From Gaiellaceae bacterium (GTDB lineage: Bacteria > Actinomycetota > Thermoleophilia > Gaiellales > Gaiellaceae): 64,000 bases of DNA. Positions within the stretch are counted from its first letter, which is position 1, and the number at the start of each line of letters is the position of its first letter. The stretch is taken from positions 13,603 to 77,602 of the forward strand of contig DASZPQ010000023.1 in NCBI GenBank assembly GCA_035550275.1, given 5' to 3'. The notes under the pieces were generated by a model, which ran no database searches, had not been told where the DNA came from, and worked only from the letters and a program-made list of their open reading frames with translations. Shown piece by piece: positions 44,566-53,756 of this stretch. The translations under genes were made by a program, and so were the position numbers.

Positions 44566-45253
44566 GCTCTTCCCCCTCGGGGCCCGGCTCCGTGTCGATG
44601 CGGTAGCCGACGCCGGCCACGGTGGCGATGATCCAGGGCTCGCCGAGCCGCTTGCGCAGCCCCGAGACCGTGATCCGGGGCGCGTTCGTGAACGGGTCTG
44701 CGTACTCGTCCCACGCCCGTTTCAGGAGCTCCTCGGCGCTGACGACGCCGCCTTCCGCGGCGACGAGGACCTCGAGCACTGCGAACTGCTTGCGCGTCAG
44801 TGCGACGTAGCGGCCGTCGCGGTAGACCTCGCGGCGAAATGGATCGAGCCGCAGGCCTGCGATCTCCCGCACCGGCGGCCTGTTGTGCGCGCGCCTGCGG
44901 TCGAGCGCTCGGAGCCGGAGCACGAGCTCGCGAAGCTCGAACGGCTTCGTGAGGTAGTCGTCGGCGCCGAGCTCGAATCCGGTCGCCTTGTCGTCGAGCC
45001 GGTCGGCCGCGGTGAGCATGAGGATCCCCATCCCGCAGCCGGACGCGACGATGCCTTCGGCGATCTCGTCGCCCGTGGGGCCTGGGATGTCCCGGTCGAG
45101 AACGGCGATGTCGTAGGCGAACTCGTTGATGCGGAGCAGCTTCAAGGCGGTGTCGCCGTCACCGGCGATGTCGGCGGCGATCGCTTCGAGGCGTAGCCCA
45201 GCGCGGATGGCTTCTGCCATGTAGGGCTCGTCCTCCACGATCAACACACGCAT
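44558..45253 (-). CDS. OmpR/PhoB-family response regulator (module C)
   Basis: RVLIVEDEPYMAEAI...AVLDRDIPGPTGDE...TKP, plus winged helix LTRKQFAVLEVLVAAEGGVVSAEEL...TVAGVGYRI. Confidence 0.9.
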   Translation of the reverse strand: MRVLIVEDEPYMAEAIRAGLRLEAIAADIAGDGDTALKLLRINEFAYDIAVLDRDIPGPTGDEIAEGIVASGCGMGILMLTAADRLDDKATGFELGADDYLTKPFELRELVLRLRALDRRRAHNRPPVREIAGLRLDPFRREVYRDGRYVALTRKQFAVLEVLVAAEGGVVSAEELLKRAWDEYADPFTNAPRITVSGLRKRLGEPWIIATVAGVGYRIDTEPGPEGEERG

Positions 45254-45327
45254 GCACTGATGCTACGAGCTGGCGCCTATCGCCGGCATATCGAAATCCG
45301 GATACGTGCTGGCAACAGCGCGCTCGC

Positions 45328-46413
45328 TTGACTGGAGGCGTGACCTACAGCCGAGCCCGAACACCACCCCGCCGGATCCGGATTCGCTGGGCCCGGGTCG
45401 CCGGTCTGTCGGCGGCGATCGCGGCGATCGCCGCAGTCCTCGGCTTCGGGTTGCTCGCGTTGCCGAGCTCGCCGGATCCTGCGCCGATCCGCGTCGTGCG
45501 CAGCGAGCAGCTTGGCAAGGCGGTGCCGAGCACGGTGTGGCCGGCAGACGGCCAGGCGGCGCTCGTCCTGACCGGGCAGTCGAATGTTCAGGCCGGCCCG
45601 AACCAGCATCCGGCTGCGATCGCCAGCCTCGCGAAGGTGATGACAGCCTATCTCGTGCTCTGCGATCACCCGCTCGCGGACGGCCAGGACGGTCCGACGA
45701 TCACGCTCACCGACGACGACGTCGCGGACACCGAGCGCCGCGCCGGACAGGACGAGTCTCTCGTGCCCATCGCGGCCGGAGAGCAGTTGACCGAACGGGA
45801 GGCGCTCGAGGCGCTGCTGCTGCCGTCGGCGAACAACATCGCGGCGGTTCTGGCGCGCTGGGACGCCGGCTCGGCAGCCCGGTTCGTGGCCCGGATGAAT
45901 GCCGCGGCGCGGTCGCTCGGCATGACCCACACCCGGTACACGGACCCGAGCGGGTACGACGACGCAACGGTGTCGACAGCCGCCGATCAGGTGCGCATTG
46001 TCGATCGAGCGATGCGCGTGCCTGCCTTCGCGAGCATCGTCGCCATGCCGACCGCGACGCTGCCGGTCGCCGGCACGGTGCACAACACCGACAGATTGCT
46101 GGGGTACGACGGCTTTGTCGGCGTCAAGACCGGCTCCGATAGCGCCGCCGGAGGCTGTTTCGCCTTCCGGGCGATCCGCTGGATCGACGGCAGGCAGACG
46201 ACGATTACCGGCGTCGTCTTGGGACAGCCCGGCGACGACAGAGTCGAGGCAGGCCTCGTCGCCGCCGACGCCATCGTCAACCGCATCGCCGGCCAGCGGG
46301 TCGCGTCTGATCTTCCGCAACGAGCCCCGGGGAGCGGAAGCCCTCCGTTAAGGCTGCGCGCTCCGCGCGGAGCCGGTGTCAACGCAATCACCACACGCTG
46401 GGAGAAACCATGA
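45328..46413 (+). CDS. D-alanyl-D-alanine carboxypeptidase (peptidase S11, PBP5-like), membrane-anchored
   Basis: SxxK (ASLAKVM), SxN (PSANN) and KTG (VKTGS) motifs in the correct order. N-terminal TM segment. TTG start. The C-terminal tail of about 35 aa is low-complexity. ATGA overlap with P9. Confidence 0.85.
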   Translation: MTGGVTYSRARTPPRRIRIRWARVAGLSAAIAAIAAVLGFGLLALPSSPDPAPIRVVRSEQLGKAVPSTVWPADGQAALVLTGQSNVQAGPNQHPAAIASLAKVMTAYLVLCDHPLADGQDGPTITLTDDDVADTERRAGQDESLVPIAAGEQLTEREALEALLLPSANNIAAVLARWDAGSAARFVARMNAAARSLGMTHTRYTDPSGYDDATVSTAADQVRIVDRAMRVPAFASIVAMPTATLPVAGTVHNTDRLLGYDGFVGVKTGSDSAAGGCFAFRAIRWIDGRQTTITGVVLGQPGDDRVEAGLVAADAIVNRIAGQRVASDLPQRAPGSGSPPLRLRAPRGAGVNAITTRWEKP

Positions 46414-46934
46414 GGAACACGCTCTGGCCGCTGGCCGCCCTTGCCACGCTCGTCCTGATCGCAGCCGGCTGTTCGAACGCACCTGCCGGAAACGGCGGCA
46501 GCACCACCGGCACCACCTCCGTTCATGCGAAGGCGGTGAAGTTCTCCGAGTGCATGCGCGCACACGGGGTGGCCGCGTTTCCGGATCCGGACGCCTCCGG
46601 CCAGTTGACCATCGATGCGGTTGCGAACGGCTCGTCGGTGGACACGAGCTCGCCGGTCTTCGAGCAGGCCCTCAGCGCGTGCAAGCACCTGGAGCCGGCG
46701 GGATTCACCGGTACCAAGGTGACGTCAAAGCAGAGGACGGCGCGCCTTGAGTTTGCCCAGTGCGTCCGTCGTAACGGTGTGCCGGACTTCCCCGACCCAA
46801 CTCCAGATGGGCCCCTGATCGACACGAACCGAATCCCATCCACGTCGACGCCGAATGGGATGAGCGACCTCAACGCCGCGACGCAGAAATGCGGCCAGTA
46901 CGCCTCCGCAGCCGGCGTGACGGGGAACCGGTGA
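46410..46934 (+). CDS. CxR-PDP repeat lipoprotein P9 (module C)
   Basis: Lipobox LIAAGC. Motifs FSECMRAHGVAAFPDPD...SPVFEQALSAC and FAQCVRRNGVPDFPDPT...LNAATQKC. Confidence 0.8.
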   Translation: MRNTLWPLAALATLVLIAAGCSNAPAGNGGSTTGTTSVHAKAVKFSECMRAHGVAAFPDPDASGQLTIDAVANGSSVDTSSPVFEQALSACKHLEPAGFTGTKVTSKQRTARLEFAQCVRRNGVPDFPDPTPDGPLIDTNRIPSTSTPNGMSDLNAATQKCGQYASAAGVTGNR

Positions 46935-48013
46935 TCGGCAAGGCCGCGGCGGTTGTCCTTGCCGCCGCAGCTGCCACCGGCGCCGTGATCCTCGCCTCAG
47001 GCGCCAGGGACGCGGCCCCTGCAACGGAGCAGCCCACATTCAGCACCGCGACGGTCGAACGGGGAGAGCTCTCGGATCGGGTCTCTCAATCCGGGACACT
47101 GACCTACCGGGCGCGCTCGGACGGGTCGCCCTATTCCGTGATCAACCAGGCCCTCGGGATCTACAGCAAGCTGCCGAGCGGCGGCGACCGGATCGACTGC
47201 GGCGAGGTGCTCTACCGGGTGAGCGACAACCCCGTGCTGCTGCTGTGCGGCTCGACGCCCGCGTATCGCTCGCTGGCGAAAGGGGACAGCGGGCCTGATG
47301 TCGCCGAGCTGAACGCGAACCTGGTGCATCTTGGATACGCGACCCGTAGGCAGATCGGGCCGTCCCTTCAGGACTTCGGCTCCGAGACGGAGTCGGCGCT
47401 TGAGAAGCTGCAGGCCAAGCTGGGCGAGGCCCAGACCGGGTTGCTGCCGCTCGGTCGCGCAGTGTTTCTGCCCGAGCCGGTGCGGGTCGCGGAGGTGGCA
47501 GGCCAGCTCGGTGGGTCAGCCCAACCAGGTTCCCAGGTTCTGTCCGCCACATCCGACACGCTCGAGGTGCAGTTGAGCCTCGATCCGTCGCAGCAGGATC
47601 AGGTGAAGGCGGGCGACCGGACGCAGATCACCCTGCCGGGCAACACGGTGGTGGCGGGAAAGGTCGACCGGCTCGGGAGAGTCGCGCAGGCCCCTGCCGG
47701 CCAGAGCTCGAACGCCGGTAGTGCGACCATCACTGCCTCGATCAGCCTCGACCGCCCACAACAGGCGCGTGGGCTCGACCAGGCTCCGGTGCAGGTCGAG
47801 ATCACGACCAGGGCGATCGAGAACGTCCTGAGCGTGCCGGTCACTGCGATCGTCGGGAGCTCCGAAGGTGGCTTCGCCGTCGAGGCCGTGCGGGCCGGCG
47901 GGCGCCGTGACCTCGTATCGGTGAAGCTGGGCCTGACCGACTCCGCCGACGGGCGAGTCCAGGTTGCCGGCGATCTTCGTGCCGGGGATCGAGTCGTCGT
48001 GGGCTCCTCGTGA
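46931..48013 (+). CDS. Periplasmic-adaptor (HlyD/MFP-like) protein with peptidoglycan-binding domain, no long coiled coil (module C)
   Basis: The GTG at 46931 overlaps the P9 stop (GTGA). TM segment AAAVVLAAAAATGAVILA. PG-binding segment GPDVAELNANLVHLGYATRR...FGSETESALEKLQAKLGEAQTGLL. C-terminal beta-barrel segments are homologous to 20807..22366. Confidence 0.85.
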   Translation: MIGKAAAVVLAAAAATGAVILASGARDAAPATEQPTFSTATVERGELSDRVSQSGTLTYRARSDGSPYSVINQALGIYSKLPSGGDRIDCGEVLYRVSDNPVLLLCGSTPAYRSLAKGDSGPDVAELNANLVHLGYATRRQIGPSLQDFGSETESALEKLQAKLGEAQTGLLPLGRAVFLPEPVRVAEVAGQLGGSAQPGSQVLSATSDTLEVQLSLDPSQQDQVKAGDRTQITLPGNTVVAGKVDRLGRVAQAPAGQSSNAGSATITASISLDRPQQARGLDQAPVQVEITTRAIENVLSVPVTAIVGSSEGGFAVEAVRAGGRRDLVSVKLGLTDSADGRVQVAGDLRAGDRVVVGSS

Positions 48014-48708
48014 GCGGTGAGACAGTTCTGGAGCTCGCCGGAGTGACCAAGGTGTACGGCGAGGAGCCGCCGGTGCACGCGCTCCGGGGCGTGTCTCTCT
48101 CCGTCCGGCGGGGCGAGCTGGTGGCGATCGTCGGGCCGTCCGGGTCGGGCAAGTCCACGCTCCTGCACGTGATCGGGACGCTCGAGCAACCGAGCAGCGG
48201 CATCGTCCGGATCGGCGGGGTCGACGCCGCAGGATTGAGCGATCGCGAGCTCTCCCAGCTTCGGGCCCGCGAGATCGGCTTCGTCTTCCAGCAGTTCTTC
48301 CTGGCCGAGCACGCGACGGCGAGAGAGAACGTCGCCGACGGGCTGCTCTACGCCGGCGTCTCCGCCTCGGAGCGGCACCGGCGGGCAGACGAGGCGCTCG
48401 AGCGGGTCGGGCTCGCCGAGCGCGCGAGCTTCAAGCCGAGCAAGCTCTCGGGAGGGGAGCGGCAACGGGTTGCAATTGCGCGCGCGCTCGTCGGGCAGCC
48501 GGCGATCGTGCTCGCCGACGAGCCGACCGGGAATCTCGACAGCGGAAACGGCGCATCGATCGTGGAGCTGATCCGCGAGCTGAACGCGTCAGGCGCCACG
48601 ATCATCGTGATCACCCACGACACGAGCCTCGCCGCTCAGCTGCCTCGCCAGATTCGCGTCCTCGATGGCCAGGTCGTCTCCGATCTGGCGAAGGCAGAAG
48701 GGTCGTGA
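48010..48708 (+). CDS. ABC transporter ATP-binding protein, MacB/LolD type (module C)
   Basis: [36 protein letters not shown]. Close paralog of 22363..23124. Confidence 0.95.
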   Translation: MSGETVLELAGVTKVYGEEPPVHALRGVSLSVRRGELVAIVGPSGSGKSTLLHVIGTLEQPSSGIVRIGGVDAAGLSDRELSQLRAREIGFVFQQFFLAEHATARENVADGLLYAGVSASERHRRADEALERVGLAERASFKPSKLSGGERQRVAIARALVGQPAIVLADEPTGNLDSGNGASIVELIRELNASGATIIVITHDTSLAAQLPRQIRVLDGQVVSDLAKAEGS

Positions 48709-49928
48709 GCGCCGATCGCGGACGCCTGGAGCCGAGTGACTGGCTGCGGGTGGCGAGCGTGGGCCTGCGTGCCCGGCCGCTTCGAGCCGCGCTGTCCGCG
48801 CTCGGAATCGCGATCGGGACGGCGGCGATCGTTGGCGTCCTCGGGTTGTCCTCGTCCTCGCAGGCTGGGCTGATTGCCGAGATCAACAAGCTCGGGACGA
48901 ACCTGCTGACGGTCGAGGCAGGGCAGAAACTGACTGGTGGGCCCGCGCAACTGCCGCGCGAGGCGCCGGCGCGGCTGACGCTGCTGGACGACGTCCACCA
49001 GGTGGCTGACACGGCGCTGATGCAGGAGATGTACGTCTACCGGAGCTCGATCGTCCCGGTCGGCGAGACGGGCGGCATCCAGGTGCGGGCGACGAGCCTC
49101 AACCTGCTCTCGGTGCTCGGAACCGGCATCGCGCGCGGCGAGTGGCTCAACGCGGGCACCGCCCGCGAGCCGGTCGCGGTGCTCGGAGCGCTCGCCGCTC
49201 AACAACTCGGGATCGACCAGATCCAGCCCGGCGAGCAGATCTGGCTGGGCGGCCAATGGTTCAGCCTCGCAGGCATCCTGCAACCATCGCCGCTGACGCC
49301 GGAGATCGATGTCAGCGCCCTGATCGGGTATCCCGCCGCCGAGCGCTACCTCGGCTACGTCAGCATCGTCGACGGCGAGCAAGCAGCGGGCCCGCCGAGC
49401 ACGATCTACATTCGCGCCGCCACGGGTCACGAGGCTGCTGTGCAGTCGCTGCTCGGGCAGACCGCCGACCCGTCCGCACCGTATGAGGTGAACGTGAGCC
49501 AGCCATCCGACGTGCTCACCGCCCGGGCTGCAGCGGCGGGGGCATTCGACAGCCTCTTTCTCGGGCTCGGGGTGGTGGCATTGATCGTGGGTGCCGTCGG
49601 CGTCGCGAACATCATGATCATCTCGGTGCTCGAACGCCGCAGCGAAATTGGCCTTCGTCGAGCGTTGGGGGCGACGAAGGCCCAGATCCGGACGCAGTTC
49701 CTCGCCGAGTCGATCCTGCTCGCCGCGATCGGCGGCGTCGTGGGCGTGCTGGCCGGAGCAGCCGCGACGGCGGTCTACGCGAGCTCGAAGAGCTGGGACG
49801 TCGTGATCCCGTTCGAGGCGTGGTCGGGCGGCATCGTCTCGGCGATCCTGATCGGCGCGCTCGCCGGCCTGATGCCTGCCGTTCGAGCCTCTCGGCTGCC
49901 GCCGACCGTGGCCTTGCGAACGGTCTGA
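48705..49928 (+). CDS. ABC transporter permease, MacB/FtsX type (module C)
   Basis: Same architecture as 24999..26204 and strong similarity to it (VGVANIMIISVLERRSEIGLRRALGATKAQIRTQFLAES). ATGA-type overlap with the ATPase gene. Confidence 0.9.
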   Translation: MSADRGRLEPSDWLRVASVGLRARPLRAALSALGIAIGTAAIVGVLGLSSSSQAGLIAEINKLGTNLLTVEAGQKLTGGPAQLPREAPARLTLLDDVHQVADTALMQEMYVYRSSIVPVGETGGIQVRATSLNLLSVLGTGIARGEWLNAGTAREPVAVLGALAAQQLGIDQIQPGEQIWLGGQWFSLAGILQPSPLTPEIDVSALIGYPAAERYLGYVSIVDGEQAAGPPSTIYIRAATGHEAAVQSLLGQTADPSAPYEVNVSQPSDVLTARAAAAGAFDSLFLGLGVVALIVGAVGVANIMIISVLERRSEIGLRRALGATKAQIRTQFLAESILLAAIGGVVGVLAGAAATAVYASSKSWDVVIPFEAWSGGIVSAILIGALAGLMPAVRASRLPPTVALRTV

Positions 49929-49997
49929 ACCGCGCGTGTTTCGCCGCTTGCGGCGTTCAGGTCGGCATCAGGCGGGCTTCGCTACCGTCGAAATCGC

Positions 49998-50900
49998 ATG
50001 CTCGCTCTCTCTTCTGCGGCTCCGGGCAGGTCGACTGTCCGCCAGATGCTGAACAAGGTGCCGGAGGTGACGCTCTATTTCTGGCTGATCAAGTGCCTCT
50101 GCACGACGATCGGCGAGACCCTCTCGGACAACCTCACCTCGAGCTGGGCGGGCGGCGAGAACGCCGGCGTTCACGCCCTCGACTCGGCGTCCCTGAAGGT
50201 GATGCTGATCACGATCGGGGTGCTTGCGATCCTGCTCGCGATCCAGTTCACCCGCAAGGAGTACGTCGCGACGATCTACTGGGCCAACATCGTCGTGATC
50301 AGCCTGGTCGGAACCCAGATCACCGACCAGTTCGAGGGGAACGGCGACCAGCCCAACAACATGTGGGCGATCACGATCGTCTCGGTCACGCTGCTGGCGC
50401 TGGTCTTCTTCGCCTGGTGGTTCGTCGAGCGGACCCTGTCGATGCACTCGATCCGGACCGTTCGCCGCGAGCTCTTCTACTGGCTGGCGATCCTCGTCAC
50501 GTTCGCCACGGGCACCGCCGTCGGCGACCTGATCGCGGAGAAGTTCAGCCTCGGCTACCTGACGACCCTGCTCCTCTTCGTCGCGGTGATCGCCGTGATC
50601 GCCGCAGCCTGGAAGCTCACCAACATCGATGGCGTCCTGGCGTTCTGGCTCGCGTACATCATGACCCGCCCGCTGGGAGCATCGACCGGTGACTTCCTCT
50701 CCCAGAAGGGGAACCAGGGCCTGAACCTGGGGACGTCCGGCACGAGCTACCTCTTCCTCGCGGTGATCATCTGCCTGGTGGCGTTCCTGCAGGTCAAGAA
50801 GCCCGACATCACCCCGGTCGAGCTCGTGAACGCGGACCCGATCCATCACGTGCACCTCCCTCATCTCCACCCTGAAGGCGAACCGGCGCCTCAGGAATGA
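49998..50900 (+). CDS. DUF347/COG4705-like repeat membrane protein
   Basis: Four internal two-helix repeats, each with an aromatic-W...G...D pattern: LYFWLIKCLCTTIGETLSD, IYWANIVVISLVGTQITD, LFYWLAILVTFATGTAVGD and LAFWLAYIMTRPLGASTGD. Confidence 0.75.
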   Translation: MLALSSAAPGRSTVRQMLNKVPEVTLYFWLIKCLCTTIGETLSDNLTSSWAGGENAGVHALDSASLKVMLITIGVLAILLAIQFTRKEYVATIYWANIVVISLVGTQITDQFEGNGDQPNNMWAITIVSVTLLALVFFAWWFVERTLSMHSIRTVRRELFYWLAILVTFATGTAVGDLIAEKFSLGYLTTLLLFVAVIAVIAAAWKLTNIDGVLAFWLAYIMTRPLGASTGDFLSQKGNQGLNLGTSGTSYLFLAVIICLVAFLQVKKPDITPVELVNADPIHHVHLPHLHPEGEPAPQE

Positions 50901-50954
50901 GCTTCGCCGCGGGGTGCCCCCTCCGTGCCGTTCGACGAAGAGGGGTTTAGGTGA

Positions 50955-51353
50955 GTGGTCCGTCTGGGAAGCCCTCGGTTCAAGATGCGGCCGAAGAGGA
51001 CGTCGATTGGCGCGGCCACCGGTGACGAGTCGGGACTTCCATCGGAAGCCGAGATCATTCGTGAGGCCCCTGCACGTTTCTCGCTGTACTACTTCGCGCA
51101 GGAACGGAGCTTCGTCGGCGGCCTCGGGCTCGGGGACGATTTCGTTGCCGGGTATCTGGATGGCTCAGCGGGAGCTGCGCTCGAGTTGAGCGTTGCGCGC
51201 CGTGAGCTCTGGTCGGGCGGGGAACGGCTCGCCGCATTTGCGTTCGGGTGGTCCTGGGGCCGCGCCGACTTGCTCGGTCACCGGCCCTGCGCTGGTCAGA
51301 TCGAGCGCTGGCTCGCCGGACGCGTGGCCTTTCCGAATCTCGAGCCTCAGTAG
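50955..51353 (+). CDS. Hypothetical protein (weak call)
   Basis: 132-aa ORF in an otherwise unassigned gap, with no recognisable motif. Third-position GC looks lower than in neighbouring genes. Confidence 0.2.
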   Translation: MVRLGSPRFKMRPKRTSIGAATGDESGLPSEAEIIREAPARFSLYYFAQERSFVGGLGLGDDFVAGYLDGSAGAALELSVARRELWSGGERLAAFAFGWSWGRADLLGHRPCAGQIERWLAGRVAFPNLEPQ

Positions 51354-51374
51354 TCGAGGGGCTCCCGGCAGCTC

Positions 51375-53711
51375 GTGCGCTGCCCGTCCCGGAGCCTGAA
51401 TACTCCGCGGGTGCGCACAGCATGGCTCTTCGCCCTGGTGGCTGCTGCTCTCGTCGCGGCGGGGGCAGGGACAGCAGGCTCGCGCTCGCAAGCCGCCGCT
51501 TGCGCTCCCGCGCGGGCGCAGCCCTCCTACACGGCGTCCGTCGCGCGCGCTGTCGCATCGAACCGTGACCTCTGGGGCGAGCAGCTGCTCCGCAGCTCCG
51601 GCGGGCCGACGCTCGCGGCGGCGAGCAGTCACCTCGCGCCGCTCACCCAGGGACTGCAGTGGCAGGGGCAGCCGCTGACGGCGAGTGGCGTCTACTACCT
51701 GCCGTTCTCGTTCCCGTTCACGTCGCATGGCTCAACCGTGTTCGCCCTGCACGCGGCGGACGGCAGCGAGATCCTGACCCGCAGGTTCAATGGGCCGTCG
51801 CTCACGATCGACGTCGGCGACGGCACCGAGCGCTACGGCTCGTGCGAGTCTCGCCTGAGCCCGGCGCGCCTGGCCGACGGATACCTGCCGATCCTCGACA
51901 CGGCCTACGAGGACCTGCACGGCGTCCACTACAGCCAGGAGTCGTTCGTCGGCCGCGTGAACGGCAATGCCGGCACGCGGTCTGTGATCAGCTTCGTGCG
52001 GCTCACCGTCGACGCGCGCCACGCACGCGCCGATGCAACCGTGCGTCTCGTGCCCTCGGAGCACCTGGTGCGCTCCGGGCCGGATCGCCTCTCGCTCGGC
52101 CGCAGCACCAGGCTGATCGTCAGCCGTGGAGCGCAGCTCGCGGGTGGCATCGCCGCCTTCCACATCCCGGCAGGGACACGGACGACGATCTACGCCGAGT
52201 GGCTGCACGCGCCGTCGGTCGCCCCGCACGTCCACGCGAGCGCGGCGGCCTACCGCCGAGCGCGCAAGACGGTGGTCGGCTTCTGGGAGTCGAAGCTGGC
52301 GGCCGGCGCGACGATCGACGTGCCGGAGCCGGCGGTCGAGGACGCGATCGACGGCGTGCTCGCGCAGGTGCTCGCGTACGGCTGGCGCTACAGCATCGGC
52401 AACCCGTACGAGGAGCTGTCGTACGACGAGTCGCTCGACGCGGCCGAGGTCGCCACCGAGCTCGGCTACGCGCCGGTTGCGAAGTCGATCCTCCAGTTCG
52501 CGCTCGAACGGATGCGGCAGCGCCCCTGGCGCTTCACGGCCTTCCGCGGAGCGCACATCCTCTCGACCGCCGCGCTCTATGTCCGGCTCAGCGGCGACCA
52601 CGCGTTTCTGCGCGCCGCGACTCCCGAGCTCGCGCACCTCGTCGATCGCATCGCTGCCCGCCAGGGCAAGGGCGGCAGCCTGCTGCCCGAGCCGCTCTCG
52701 ACCGACCTCGAGGGCCACGACGTCGACAGCGTCTCGGGCCAGATCGAGGCAGTCCAGGGGCTGCTCGCGCTGGCGCGCGTGTGGAGAGCGGCCGGGGACA
52801 CTGCGCACGCGGCGCGGGCGCGGCTGCTCGCGTCGAGCATCGACCGCGCGCTCCGTCCCGCCGTGGCACGCGCCACGGTCCGTCTGGCGGACGGCTCGCT
52901 CTTCGTCCCGGACCAGCTCCCGCAGAAGCCGTTCTCGCGTCTCACCGCGACGAAGGACGGCTCGTACTGGAACCTGATCATGCCGTCCGCGTTCGCGTCG
53001 GGCTGGTTTCCAGCCGGGACGGCGACGACGGAGGGGATCCTGCGCTACCTGCTCGGCCACGGCTCGCGCCTGCTCGGCCTGCCGCGCACCTACGCGCACA
53101 GCGTCTACGGCCAGGAGCCCGGCGCCGGAGTCGCCCCGGTCTACCAGCTCGGCGTGTCGCGCTTCCTGGCCGCAGAGGATAAGCCCGGCCTGCTCGACGT
53201 CAGCCTCTACGGGCTGCTCGCCGCCGGGCTGACACGGGGCACCTACATCTCGGGCGAGGCGGTGTCGCTGCTCCCGGTGAAGGGCGCCTACGACCGCGCG
53301 ATGTTCATGCCGCCGAACACCGGCGCCAACGCGTCCTTCCTCGGCACCGTCCGCGAGCTGCTCGTCCACGAACGCCTCGGCTCTGGCGGGGCGCCCGCGG
53401 GCCTCGAGCTCGCGTTCTCGACGCCGCGCGCCTGGCTCGCGCCGGGAAAGCGGATCGAGGTGAAGGGCATGCCGACGAGCTTCGGAAAGGTGTCGTACTC
53501 GCTCGTGCGGCAGGGCTCGAACATCGACGGCCGGCTCGTGCTGCCGCCCGGGTGCCGCTGCCAGTTGCGGCTGCGCGTTCCCGCCGGCGAGCGGGTCGCC
53601 GCCGCTTCGGTTGGCGGAACCCGTGTTGCCGTCGACCGGTCGGGGACGATCAGTCTCGGCTCCCGCCACGGTGTGCTCGAGCTCCAGGCGACGGTGCAGA
53701 GAGCTCGCTGA
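51375..53711 (+). CDS. Large secreted hypothetical protein (helical, possibly six-hairpin glycosidase-like; function unknown)
   Basis: 778-aa ORF with N-terminal signal-like LFALVAAALVAAGAGTAGS. Coding-like composition throughout. No catalytic motif recognised. The start may be GTG at about 51411. Confidence 0.65.
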   Translation: MRCPSRSLNTPRVRTAWLFALVAAALVAAGAGTAGSRSQAAACAPARAQPSYTASVARAVASNRDLWGEQLLRSSGGPTLAAASSHLAPLTQGLQWQGQPLTASGVYYLPFSFPFTSHGSTVFALHAADGSEILTRRFNGPSLTIDVGDGTERYGSCESRLSPARLADGYLPILDTAYEDLHGVHYSQESFVGRVNGNAGTRSVISFVRLTVDARHARADATVRLVPSEHLVRSGPDRLSLGRSTRLIVSRGAQLAGGIAAFHIPAGTRTTIYAEWLHAPSVAPHVHASAAAYRRARKTVVGFWESKLAAGATIDVPEPAVEDAIDGVLAQVLAYGWRYSIGNPYEELSYDESLDAAEVATELGYAPVAKSILQFALERMRQRPWRFTAFRGAHILSTAALYVRLSGDHAFLRAATPELAHLVDRIAARQGKGGSLLPEPLSTDLEGHDVDSVSGQIEAVQGLLALARVWRAAGDTAHAARARLLASSIDRALRPAVARATVRLADGSLFVPDQLPQKPFSRLTATKDGSYWNLIMPSAFASGWFPAGTATTEGILRYLLGHGSRLLGLPRTYAHSVYGQEPGAGVAPVYQLGVSRFLAAEDKPGLLDVSLYGLLAAGLTRGTYISGEAVSLLPVKGAYDRAMFMPPNTGANASFLGTVRELLVHERLGSGGAPAGLELAFSTPRAWLAPGKRIEVKGMPTSFGKVSYSLVRQGSNIDGRLVLPPGCRCQLRLRVPAGERVAAASVGGTRVAVDRSGTISLGSRHGVLELQATVQRAR

Positions 53712-53756
53712 GCTGAAACACGCATTAACCCGCAGCTTCCTGCTATAACCAGCAGC

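Noticed and set aside
45253-45328. Phased TATCG-N6-TATCG repeat as the module C response-regulator site
   Set aside because: There are only two 5-nt words, with no resemblance to the TTT[CA]A[TG] half-sites of modules A and B and no second occurrence. This is too weak to call without binding data.
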